61,839 bases of DNA from the IMG/VR virus record IMGVR_UViG_3300029566_000017. One strand, written 5' to 3'. This DNA comes from a virus. Made by a program: the position numbers and the translations under genes. How positions within the stretch are numbered: position 1 is the stretch's first letter; every line of letters begins with the position of its first letter. Shown here in pieces: positions 53,721 through 61,437 of the stretch. The notes under the pieces are model-generated. The model was not told where the DNA came from. It searched no databases and saw only the letters and a list, made by a program, of their open reading frames with translations.

Positions 53721-55487
53721 ATGGCTACAGTAGGTTATGGCGAACGTGTAACAAGAACTATCAGTGTTACCCCTGGCACGCAGTACACTGTTACTATTGG
53801 TGCTGGTGGAAAAGGTGGCGAAGGTATAACAGCACACAATTCTAATTATATTTATGGTACAGCCGGAGAAGCTTCTTCTGCGTTAGGCGTGACTGCCAGA
53901 GGTGGCGTTTATAATGGCAGCAGTAACACTAATTACTCTAACGGCGGTTCTCCTGCTGGCAAGTCGAGCGGAAGTCAAGGTAGTACAGGTGGTAATGGTG
54001 TAGACGGATTTTGTATTTTATCCTATAAGGTTGATAAAGATAAGTATTCCCAAAAAATGAGTAGCATTCCAAAAACTGTTTTTGAGATGCAAAAAAAGGA
54101 CGGCTCGAAGTATCTGCTGTATAAAGATGTAGTTACGTTGAAGCGTGTAAGGCTTATATATAAAACTGTAGGTACATACAGTTTAAGAATCCCGGCTGGC
54201 ATTACAAAAATATATGTTACTGGTTGCGGTGGTGGTGCAGGCGGCATCACTGTTGGTGCTTATAATTCCTGCCCCACGTTGGATATGCAAGCAGGAAACG
54301 GCGGAGATACAAAAGTTGGCAGCTATGTTATTCCTGGCGGACAAGGTGCAACTGCTACTTTAAGAAGTGGTAATGTAATGACTGTTAATCAGCCTGCTGC
54401 TTCTAAAAATGGCGTAAGAGGTCAATATGTTACCGCTAGGAACAGAGATTTTTCTGTACATGGATATGGTTTTTTACTTAACAAGAATGGTGTTGCTACT
54501 TTAGCAGACGTAATGGGTAAGGTTGGATATTATTATGCTAATGTGCTTGGAACTAAAGACAGCGTAACCTATGCATCTACAGGAACGTTTGAATCGTTTA
54601 ATATCTATGGTGCAGGCGGTGGCTCTTATCATTTCTTTGACTCTGATGGCACTTCTAATCAAATTGGTGTTGCAGGAAATAGCGGTGCTTATGTTGCTGA
54701 TGCAGAAGTTGAAGTAATTCCAAACAGCACGATTCAGATTGTTGTAGGTGCAGGAGGTAAAAACACCTTTTATAGTAATGACGGCGACCGTGCAGGACGT
54801 TTTAGAGTGAGTGACGGAACACAAGGTTTTCTTATTATTGAATACGGTGGAACAACACCCTATATGCCTACAGTAAATAAAGAAGCTGAATTGACGTGTA
54901 GATGCTATTTAGATGATAGTGTTATTATGGGAAGCACAGTTACAGTTAATGGGGAAACACATCATACTAATCAATTAGGAGTATTCTCTTTATTAAATAA
55001 AACATGGGGTAGAAAAGAGAAGCTTACATTTGAATATATTGATAGTAGTGGAGTTTTGCATACTGCTGCATATAACGTGCAATACGGGGCAATAGAAGTG
55101 CTAGAAGTGAAATTTATATCTGTAATAACAGGAGAAAAACACTTTAGTTCTTCTGAAACCACGGCATCTTTTACTGTTCCGATTGGTATTACAAAAATTA
55201 AAGTTGATGCAGATTGCCTAATAGCTGATGCACCATTTGAAGAGGATGTTAGCTATGCAATTTCTGTTATAAATAACAGTACAAAAAAAGTATGGGGCAG
55301 TGGATATAGTTACTCCAACCTTGAGGATGAAGGTAACACCGACCACCAAGACATGCACAGTATAGTTGCAGTTACAGCTGGGAAAACGTATACTCTGACA
55401 CTTAATATTTCTGATTCTGTTGATGGAGTTACATTTAGTTGGGGCACTGATATTAATGAGTTGACTGCAACGGTGAGTGATTTATAA
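53721..55487 (+). CDS. Tail fibre protein with at least three glycine-rich domains and a C-terminal receptor-binding-like region
   Basis: Repeated pattern (Y.V/L.I/V..G.GG.GG ... G..G...I.Y). RBS AAGAGGTGA before the ATG. Confidence 0.6.
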   Translation: MATVGYGERVTRTISVTPGTQYTVTIGAGGKGGEGITAHNSNYIYGTAGEASSALGVTARGGVYNGSSNTNYSNGGSPAGKSSGSQGSTGGNGVDGFCILSYKVDKDKYSQKMSSIPKTVFEMQKKDGSKYLLYKDVVTLKRVRLIYKTVGTYSLRIPAGITKIYVTGCGGGAGGITVGAYNSCPTLDMQAGNGGDTKVGSYVIPGGQGATATLRSGNVMTVNQPAASKNGVRGQYVTARNRDFSVHGYGFLLNKNGVATLADVMGKVGYYYANVLGTKDSVTYASTGTFESFNIYGAGGGSYHFFDSDGTSNQIGVAGNSGAYVADAEVEVIPNSTIQIVVGAGGKNTFYSNDGDRAGRFRVSDGTQGFLIIEYGGTTPYMPTVNKEAELTCRCYLDDSVIMGSTVTVNGETHHTNQLGVFSLLNKTWGRKEKLTFEYIDSSGVLHTAAYNVQYGAIEVLEVKFISVITGEKHFSSSETTASFTVPIGITKIKVDADCLIADAPFEEDVSYAISVINNSTKKVWGSGYSYSNLEDEGNTDHQDMHSIVAVTAGKTYTLTLNISDSVDGVTFSWGTDINELTATVSDL

Positions 55488-55498
55488 GGAGGTAAAAA

Positions 55499-56083
55499 AT
55501 GGCAAGTACAACAGGTAAATTAGAGAAAATTCATGTATTCCCTAGTTATAACAGCTTCAATAAAAATATCTCTAGTGTAGGGAGTGATGATTTTGCTTTT
55601 GTTAAGACAGATTTGTTAGATAAACTGGCAGGAAATACTACACCTACCCTTGTAGCGTTGATTGACTGGGATACCATGAAAACAAGAAACGGTGGAACAG
55701 ATGTAAGAAACATTAACAATACTTCCACAGGCATTAAAGCTTATGGTGGCGATTCTTCTTTTCCAACAACATCGGGTGGAAGTGACAGTAGAAAAGGCAC
55801 GATAATGCTTAAAGAATCTTATACGCTGTATGATAAGATTTTGGTAGTTAGCTCAAGTGATAGCGGAAATATAGAAAAATACACTATTTTTAATGTTTGG
55901 GAGTTACAAAAGGCGTTTTCTGAAGGCTATAGGTTTTATCTTAGCTACGACGATGCTGAATATTGGGTAGTTTTTTCAGGAGTTCAAGTAGGAACGACTT
56001 CTCACCCTCTTTCTACCGATACCATTTGGTATACCGAAGTTCAAAACAGCTCTATCGTTGAAATTTATGGCGTTAAGTATTGA
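55499..56083 (+). CDS. Hypothetical tail fibre-associated protein
   Basis: RBS AAGGAGGT. Confidence 0.5.
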   Translation: MASTTGKLEKIHVFPSYNSFNKNISSVGSDDFAFVKTDLLDKLAGNTTPTLVALIDWDTMKTRNGGTDVRNINNTSTGIKAYGGDSSFPTTSGGSDSRKGTIMLKESYTLYDKILVVSSSDSGNIEKYTIFNVWELQKAFSEGYRFYLSYDDAEYWVVFSGVQVGTTSHPLSTDTIWYTEVQNSSIVEIYGVKY

Positions 56084-56096
56084 GGGGTGAATAATA

Positions 56097-56675
56097 ATGT
56101 TTTATTTGTTTAAAAACAAAAAAGGTATTGCTATTAGTATTTCCGAAGATTCTTTAAAAAACTACATTGCAGGCATGGATAACGGCGTTGATGAGTATGT
56201 TATTAAGAATATTAATTCTTCTGCTACTCCTACCGATTTTTTACTTGATGAAAATGGTAATGTGATTTTCCCGAAGGATGATGAGGCTTTAGTTTTAGCG
56301 TTCCAAAAGAAACTCAAACTGAAAGAGATTGACGAGTGGACTGAAAGTAAGATTACTGGTGGTTTTGTTAGTGAAGCAAGCGGAGAAAAAGTCACCTATG
56401 ATAGCGATTTGGAAACACAGATAACAATGCAAGGTATAGCCCTCAATGTCAGCACGCCGCTTTTTGCTGCAAAGTATCCTAACGGCTGCCCTGTGCGTGG
56501 CGTGGCTGAGGGTGCAGAAAGCAAAACTGTATATTGGCTCACGCCCGAACAGGTTATGCAGTGGATGGCGGATTTGTCGATGCATATCGGCACCTGCAAA
56601 CAAGCAGGCTGGGCAAAGCAGGCAGAAGTAGATGCTTGCAAAACAGTTTTTGAACTCGACAACATAGAATTGTAA
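56097..56675 (+). CDS. Hypothetical protein, possibly a fibre assembly or chaperone
   Basis: RBS GAGGGGTGA. Confidence 0.45.
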   Translation: MFYLFKNKKGIAISISEDSLKNYIAGMDNGVDEYVIKNINSSATPTDFLLDENGNVIFPKDDEALVLAFQKKLKLKEIDEWTESKITGGFVSEASGEKVTYDSDLETQITMQGIALNVSTPLFAAKYPNGCPVRGVAEGAESKTVYWLTPEQVMQWMADLSMHIGTCKQAGWAKQAEVDACKTVFELDNIEL

Positions 56676-56687
56676 TAGGTTAAAACA

Positions 56688-57323
56688 ATGCAAATTAAAA
56701 TTATTATAAAAACACAACGCCTTACTTTAAGCAGCAATAAAATTGTGTGTGGAACTAATAATTTTATTGAATGTTTGTTTGATTTTCAGTCTTCTGACTG
56801 GACCGAACTTGAAAAATGGGCATTATTTAAGGATGGGCAAAATACCTATGAAATGTATATCCAAGATAACAAATGTATCATTCCTGCCCAATGCATTTCT
56901 GATCAAGGCGAAGTTATTATGTCTGTTGTTGGACGAAACAACGGTAAGAATATAACGGCAACAGCAGAAGACAAATTGTTACTTATCTCCGGTCGAGCTT
57001 TTGACAATCCTGACGAAGAACGATTAACGCCGACTTATCTGGAAGAAGTTCTTGGCAAAGTACGCGATGAGAGCTTAAAGGCCGCTACAAGCGAAGCCAA
57101 CGCCGCTCAGAGCGCACAGGAAGCAGCAGACAGTGCGGCAGCAGCATTACAGTCCGAAAAGAACGCTAAGGCGAGCGAACAAGATTCTGAAGCCAGCAAG
57201 AACGCGGCGGCGCAGAGTGAAGCCAACAGCAAAACTAGCGAGAATGCGGCTAAGGGCTATGCTGATGATGCAGCGGAAGTAGAGATATTCCGAACATCAG
57301 TGAGTTGTTGGCAGAACTGCTGA
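56688..57323 (+). CDS. Tail fibre-like protein with Ala/Ser/Glu-rich heptad repeats
   Basis: Repeats SEANAAQSAQEAADSAAAALQSEKNAKASE... are typical of fibre shaft or collar segments. Confidence 0.45.
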   Translation: MQIKIIIKTQRLTLSSNKIVCGTNNFIECLFDFQSSDWTELEKWALFKDGQNTYEMYIQDNKCIIPAQCISDQGEVIMSVVGRNNGKNITATAEDKLLLISGRAFDNPDEERLTPTYLEEVLGKVRDESLKAATSEANAAQSAQEAADSAAAALQSEKNAKASEQDSEASKNAAAQSEANSKTSENAAKGYADDAAEVEIFRTSVSCWQNC

Positions 57324-57345
57324 AATTGGAGTGGTGAGGTGTTTT

Positions 57346-57672
57346 ATGATTGAATCAACTGTACAAACTGTAATAAATATTATTGTCGGTGCTGTTATTT
57401 CTTATCTTTTTGCCTCGTACTGTGCGAAGAAGAAGGAAAACAATGCTTTAAAAGCAGGTCTACAAGCCTTGCTGAGAGACAGAATTATCCAGGCGTATAA
57501 TCACTACGTCCAGGATAAAGGCTGGATACCAATCTATGCAAAAGAAAGCATTGATGCCTGCTACAAAAGTTATGAAGCGCTGGGCGATAATGGCGTGATT
57601 GACAATCTTATGCAGCAGATTAATGAGCTGCAGAACTATCCGCCAAAGAATCGAGGTGATGAAGATGCGTAA
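57346..57672 (+). CDS. Membrane protein, one N-terminal TM, possibly a holin-like or lysis-associated protein
   Basis: RBS GGTGAGGTG. Hydrophobic N-terminus. It precedes a two-TM holin candidate. Confidence 0.45.
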   Translation: MIESTVQTVINIIVGAVISYLFASYCAKKKENNALKAGLQALLRDRIIQAYNHYVQDKGWIPIYAKESIDACYKSYEALGDNGVIDNLMQQINELQNYPPKNRGDEDA

Positions 57673-57898
57673 ATTGCTTAATATGTTAAAAAAAGACGAG
57701 AACACGTTGAGTATCGGTAGACTGTGTGCCGTGCTTGCGTTTATTTTGTTTAGTGGAATTTCTCTTTACCTTGCGTTTTTCGTTAAGACGTGGGGCAACT
57801 ACGAAGCCTTTGCTATGGCTTGCGTATCGTTTATGTTGGCACAGCTTGGCAACAAGTATGTTGAAACTAAAGCAATGAAAGTGAAGAATGACGAGTAA
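57665..57898 (+). CDS. Putative holin with two TM segments
   Basis: 77 aa with two hydrophobic helices and a charged C-terminus. RBS GAGGTGA. Confidence 0.5.
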   Translation: MRKLLNMLKKDENTLSIGRLCAVLAFILFSGISLYLAFFVKTWGNYEAFAMACVSFMLAQLGNKYVETKAMKVKNDE

Positions 57899-58125
57899 AT
57901 TTTGAGTAACGCCACTTGACTTTTTTACAAAAATGCACTTGACTAATTTTCGCTAAAAACGCTGAAAGCTAGATATAGCAATGGTTTCAAGGCGTAATAA
58001 TGTTGCTTCAAAAAGTCAAGTGACACATATTTGACACACATTTTAGAAGATAAGTAACAACTTAACAAGTGAAATGTGAAATTAAGAAGTTAAATTAAAG
58101 AAGTTAAATTAAAGGAGTGATAATA

Positions 58126-58416
58126 ATGATTATTACAGGTATGGCGCATTTTGAATCGGTGTGCAAAAACAAATTAGTAGAGTGGTATAACCAATCTAAC
58201 AACATCCATCATGGCCCGAATGATGTTCAGCCTATTACATTAGAAAACGTCTATGTTGTATGGGCGTGCAAAACATTGCAAAATTATAAGGCGTTGCTGT
58301 CTACGACCGTAAGCGGTGATGGTATCTATGCGGAGTATACATACAACGGCGACAAGCAAGAAATGTATGAGGACGTATACAAAAAAGTTTCTAACCGCTG
58401 CTTAAAAAGTGAGTGA
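58126..58416 (+). CDS. Hypothetical protein
   Basis: RBS AAAGGAGTGA before the ATG. Confidence 0.45.
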   Translation: MIITGMAHFESVCKNKLVEWYNQSNNIHHGPNDVQPITLENVYVVWACKTLQNYKALLSTTVSGDGIYAEYTYNGDKQEMYEDVYKKVSNRCLKSE

Positions 58417-58426
58417 GGTGATAGTT

Positions 58427-59044
58427 ATGGACTGGAACAAAAGTCTTGCAAAAGAAATTGCAAAAGGACTGATTTATACAGGCATTGAAGGCGGTTATGA
58501 TAGCGTAGCCAAAAGCACAGCTTACGCATATCCTTCAATCGGTGTGAGCCAATGGGAAGGCAACAGAGCCAATGAGCTTTTGAGAGCTATTCCCGGCGGC
58601 GCAGAATTTGCGGACCGTACTTATATTGATATTAAAGCAAGCGGCGAACTGCCGATGCTTAAAGAGCTTTTGAGAAGCGAAGCAGGACAACAGGCGCAAT
58701 TAGATCAGTTGTCACGTGACTGCCTGAAATACGTCGAAGTCTTGCAGCAAGTACCGACGTTGGATGATACACGCTGCTTGATTTATGCTGGTATGTGGTG
58801 CCCGACTAGCACTTATGTTGTAAAGCGCTTCTTGGAGAATCGCTTTGAGCGTGTCGACCTGCGTAGCCTGGAAGCACTCTATAACCTGTTTAAAAGCTAT
58901 TATTGGATTGCGGCCGACGTTGGCGAAATATACAGACCTGGTTACGCCAACAGGGCGCAGACTACTTATGAGTATGTAGCAGGTATTGACCTGACTACTC
59001 CTTATGGTATTCCTGCCTACGGCAAAGCAGGAAACGGAAGATGA
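58427..59044 (+). CDS. Hypothetical protein, possibly a cell-wall hydrolase or endolysin (unverified)
   Basis: Placement after the holins. No recognised catalytic motif. Confidence 0.35.
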   Translation: MDWNKSLAKEIAKGLIYTGIEGGYDSVAKSTAYAYPSIGVSQWEGNRANELLRAIPGGAEFADRTYIDIKASGELPMLKELLRSEAGQQAQLDQLSRDCLKYVEVLQQVPTLDDTRCLIYAGMWCPTSTYVVKRFLENRFERVDLRSLEALYNLFKSYYWIAADVGEIYRPGYANRAQTTYEYVAGIDLTTPYGIPAYGKAGNGR

Positions 59045-59187
59045 TTTAACCTGGTCGATTTCGACCGTGTTAGATATAGTCACCGGCAAGAGGTTTAGTT
59101 ATTCCCTCTCCTATACGTGTAGCATTTTCTGTAATTTTTTTGCGTAAACAATCGGTGACACATTTTATAATGATTGGAGGTGATACA

Positions 59188-59286
59188 ATGGAAGAACTGA
59201 AAGCATTTGTTATTGACAAGAAATTTGTTGTTGGTCTGGTTGCAGGTTTTGTACTGGGTGCGCTGCATCATTATTTTGCACTCTAA
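59188..59286 (+). CDS. 32-aa hydrophobic peptide (MEELKAFVIDKKFVVGLVAGFVLGALHHYFAL)
   Basis: Strong RBS GGAGGTGA at 7 nt. Single TM. Toxin-like or holin-like. Confidence 0.35.
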   Translation: MEELKAFVIDKKFVVGLVAGFVLGALHHYFAL

Positions 59287-59495
59287 AATCATTCTGAATA
59301 TCTATCTTACAAGTAGGCTATAATTTAACGGTTTTGGGCAAAAATCACACACAAATTGCATCGTCTACAAGCGTTTAAAAAATAGTGCCGCTTATGATTT
59401 ATCGTGGCGGAATCTAAAATCGCTTGTAGGCGAAATTTGTGCGTCTGACAAGGTTTATTATATTTTACAAATATCAGTATTGCTAAGAGGTTATA

Positions 59496-59903
59496 ATGGA
59501 GAATGAAAAAACAAGCAAAACTAAAATTGTCGTTGCTTTTGTCGCTGGTGTGTGTGTTGCTTGCGGTATTTATGCCGCTCAACGCTTCGGCTGGGTCACC
59601 CCGGTATTCGGACGATGTGACAGAATATATTCTGACGGAAAGTCAATATCAGAAGTTAAGCAACAACTTGACGGAGCTAAAGACAATCAACGAAAATTAC
59701 AAAAAACTGCTGATGCAATCGAAGGGACAGTTGGGAACATCCGACAAGAAGTTAGCGGAGCTAGAGAAGAAGTCGGACGAGCTGAACAGTCTTTGTCTGA
59801 CGCTGAAAATCAAAGTCAAAGAGCAGGAGAGCTTATTGACGAGTGTCAATCAATCCTTAGCGGAGCTAGAAAAAGAGTACAAGCTAAAACAGAAGCGCAT
59901 TAA
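59496..59903 (+). CDS. Membrane-anchored coiled-coil protein. The frame was chosen over the overlapping 59503-59967 by codon usage.
   Basis: RBS AAGAGGT. N-terminal TM followed by a coiled coil. A-ending and T-ending codons predominate, as in the rest of the genome. Confidence 0.4.
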   Translation: MENEKTSKTKIVVAFVAGVCVACGIYAAQRFGWVTPVFGRCDRIYSDGKSISEVKQQLDGAKDNQRKLQKTADAIEGTVGNIRQEVSGAREEVGRAEQSLSDAENQSQRAGELIDECQSILSGARKRVQAKTEAH

Positions 59904-60198
59904 AAAACAGCGCAACATAGCCTACGTTATAGCAGGATGTGCGCTTTATGCTGCAATGAAGAATTAAGGCAAAGTTTGTCTTTCCTTATTTTGTTGCAAA
60001 AAAAATTCCCTTGTGTTATAATTATATCGTTAATAAAACCTTCATGTTTAAAACTGTTGATTGGTGGATTTCATTCGATATCCATTAAAGCGTTCTGTAT
60101 AAAGCAGGACGCTTTTATTTTGCTTAAATTATTTAGTGACTGACTGTTTGTTGATGTGATATAATATATCAAAAAGATATATTATATGAGGTGATAGG

Positions 60199-60366
60199 AT
60201 GAATGATAACGAAAATGTTAAGCAGGAAGTTTTGCCTGCTGGCATGGTAACAATGTTGTTTGCTGAAAACAAAAGAATTATTGATAAGCAGTTTTATATC
60301 ATGGCCGGAATGTTGATCGCTAACATTGGTCTGATTGCGCTGCTTGCTTATGTTTTGAAAAGGTGA
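60199..60366 (+). CDS. Small membrane protein, 55 aa
   Basis: RBS GAGGTGA before the ATG. C-terminal TM. Confidence 0.35.
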   Translation: MNDNENVKQEVLPAGMVTMLFAENKRIIDKQFYIMAGMLIANIGLIALLAYVLKR

Positions 60367-60370
60367 TTTA

Positions 60371-60604
60371 ATGAAAGAACTGCAAAAGAGCGTAAGAGCC
60401 TGGCTGACAGAAAGTTCCAGACGCTCATTTTATGCAGTGCTTCAGGAAGCGAAAATAACGCCTAGACAAATGCAAATCTGTGAGATGAAATTTGTTGAAG
60501 GCAAGATGAATTATCAAATCGCAATGGAGCTAAACATCTCCACTAAAACTGTTGACCGAGAAATAAGCACTGCTTACAAAGCTATTAATCGAGTGCTAAT
60601 GTGA
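60371..60604 (+). CDS. Sigma-70 region 4 / LuxR-type HTH regulator
   Basis: QMQICEMKFVEGKMNYQIAMELNISTKTVDREISTAYKAINRVL is a classic region-4 HTH. Confidence 0.5.
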   Translation: MKELQKSVRAWLTESSRRSFYAVLQEAKITPRQMQICEMKFVEGKMNYQIAMELNISTKTVDREISTAYKAINRVLM

Positions 60605-60607
60605 TAA

Positions 60608-60658
60608 TACAGCCATCTAAAAGGTTACATTTTGTAACAGTTTAGATGGCTGTATTTT
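60608..60658. terminator. Strong terminator: 13-bp stem ACAGCCATCTAAA...TTTAGATGGCTGT followed by T7
   Basis: Seen directly. An inner GTTAC...GTAAC palindrome lies in the loop. Confidence 0.65.
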
Positions 60659-60761
60659 TTTGCCCATTTTTATTAAATGTCTGTTTTTGTAGGCTTTTTT
60701 GTCTGTTTGTTTAGGGATTTTTTATATTATGCTCATTTAAAATATAGGTGAGGTGATAAGA

Positions 60762-61259
60762 ATGTACGGACAATATGGACCTTATAACCCTTATGCCGGG
60801 GCGACACAGCAAATGCAGCAACGGCTGAATTATTTGCAACAACAGCAACAAATGTATCAACCTGCATATCAGCAATCTATGCAGCAAGCTCCTGTACAGC
60901 TAAAAGGAAGGATAGTTACAAGCATCGATGAAGCAAAAGCAGCTCAGGTTGACCTTGACGGAAGCAGTACATATTTCCCGGCTCCTGCTGAAGGAAAGGT
61001 TTATGAAAAGCTTATAGGCATGGACGGCTTACCTGTATTTAGGGTATATACCTTGCAGGAAAGCGGAGGGCAAAAACAACCTGTATATGCTGACAATAAT
61101 GTTGTTATAGCCTTGCAACGAAGAATCGAAAAGATTGAAGAGCAGATTGGAGGAATGACGAATGATGAACATATTTCAGATGATGCAGATGGTGCAGCAG
61201 GCAGGAAATCCAATGGGACTAATGGAGCAGTTCGCAGGACAAAATCCGCTAATGAGTAG
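60762..61259 (+). CDS. Q/Y-rich hypothetical protein with a spore-coat-like composition
   Basis: RBS GGTGAGGTG. N-terminal MYGQYGPYNPY...QQQQQMYQPAYQQSMQQ. The 3' end overlaps the next ORF. Confidence 0.45.
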   Translation: MYGQYGPYNPYAGATQQMQQRLNYLQQQQQMYQPAYQQSMQQAPVQLKGRIVTSIDEAKAAQVDLDGSSTYFPAPAEGKVYEKLIGMDGLPVFRVYTLQESGGQKQPVYADNNVVIALQRRIEKIEEQIGGMTNDEHISDDADGAAGRKSNGTNGAVRRTKSANE

Positions 61260-61392
61260 GGCAATGCAGATGGGGCAAGGCAAGTCACCTGAACAGATTC
61301 AAAATATTGTAAGGAATCTTGCCAAACAAAAAGGCATGAATGATGAACAGCTTAATCAGTTTTTAAATCAATTTGGCTTAAAGCTTCAATAG
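61162..61392 (+). CDS. M/Q-rich small protein
   Basis: RBS GGAGG before the ATGATG. It overlaps the previous ORF by about 100 nt in another frame. Confidence 0.4.
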   Translation: MMNIFQMMQMVQQAGNPMGLMEQFAGQNPLMSRAMQMGQGKSPEQIQNIVRNLAKQKGMNDEQLNQFLNQFGLKLQ

Positions 61393-61437
61393 GCGCGCAA
61401 TGAAGCTTTGCATATATTTCTCGGAGGTGAAAAAATT

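Noticed and set aside
59503-59967. The alternative frame encoding a signal-peptide coiled-coil protein, as the primary annotation
   Set aside because: Its codon usage (many TCG, TTG, CTG, ACG, GAG and AAG codons) is atypical for this genome, whereas the overlapping 59496 frame matches genome usage. It is kept as a finding because the evidence is not decisive.
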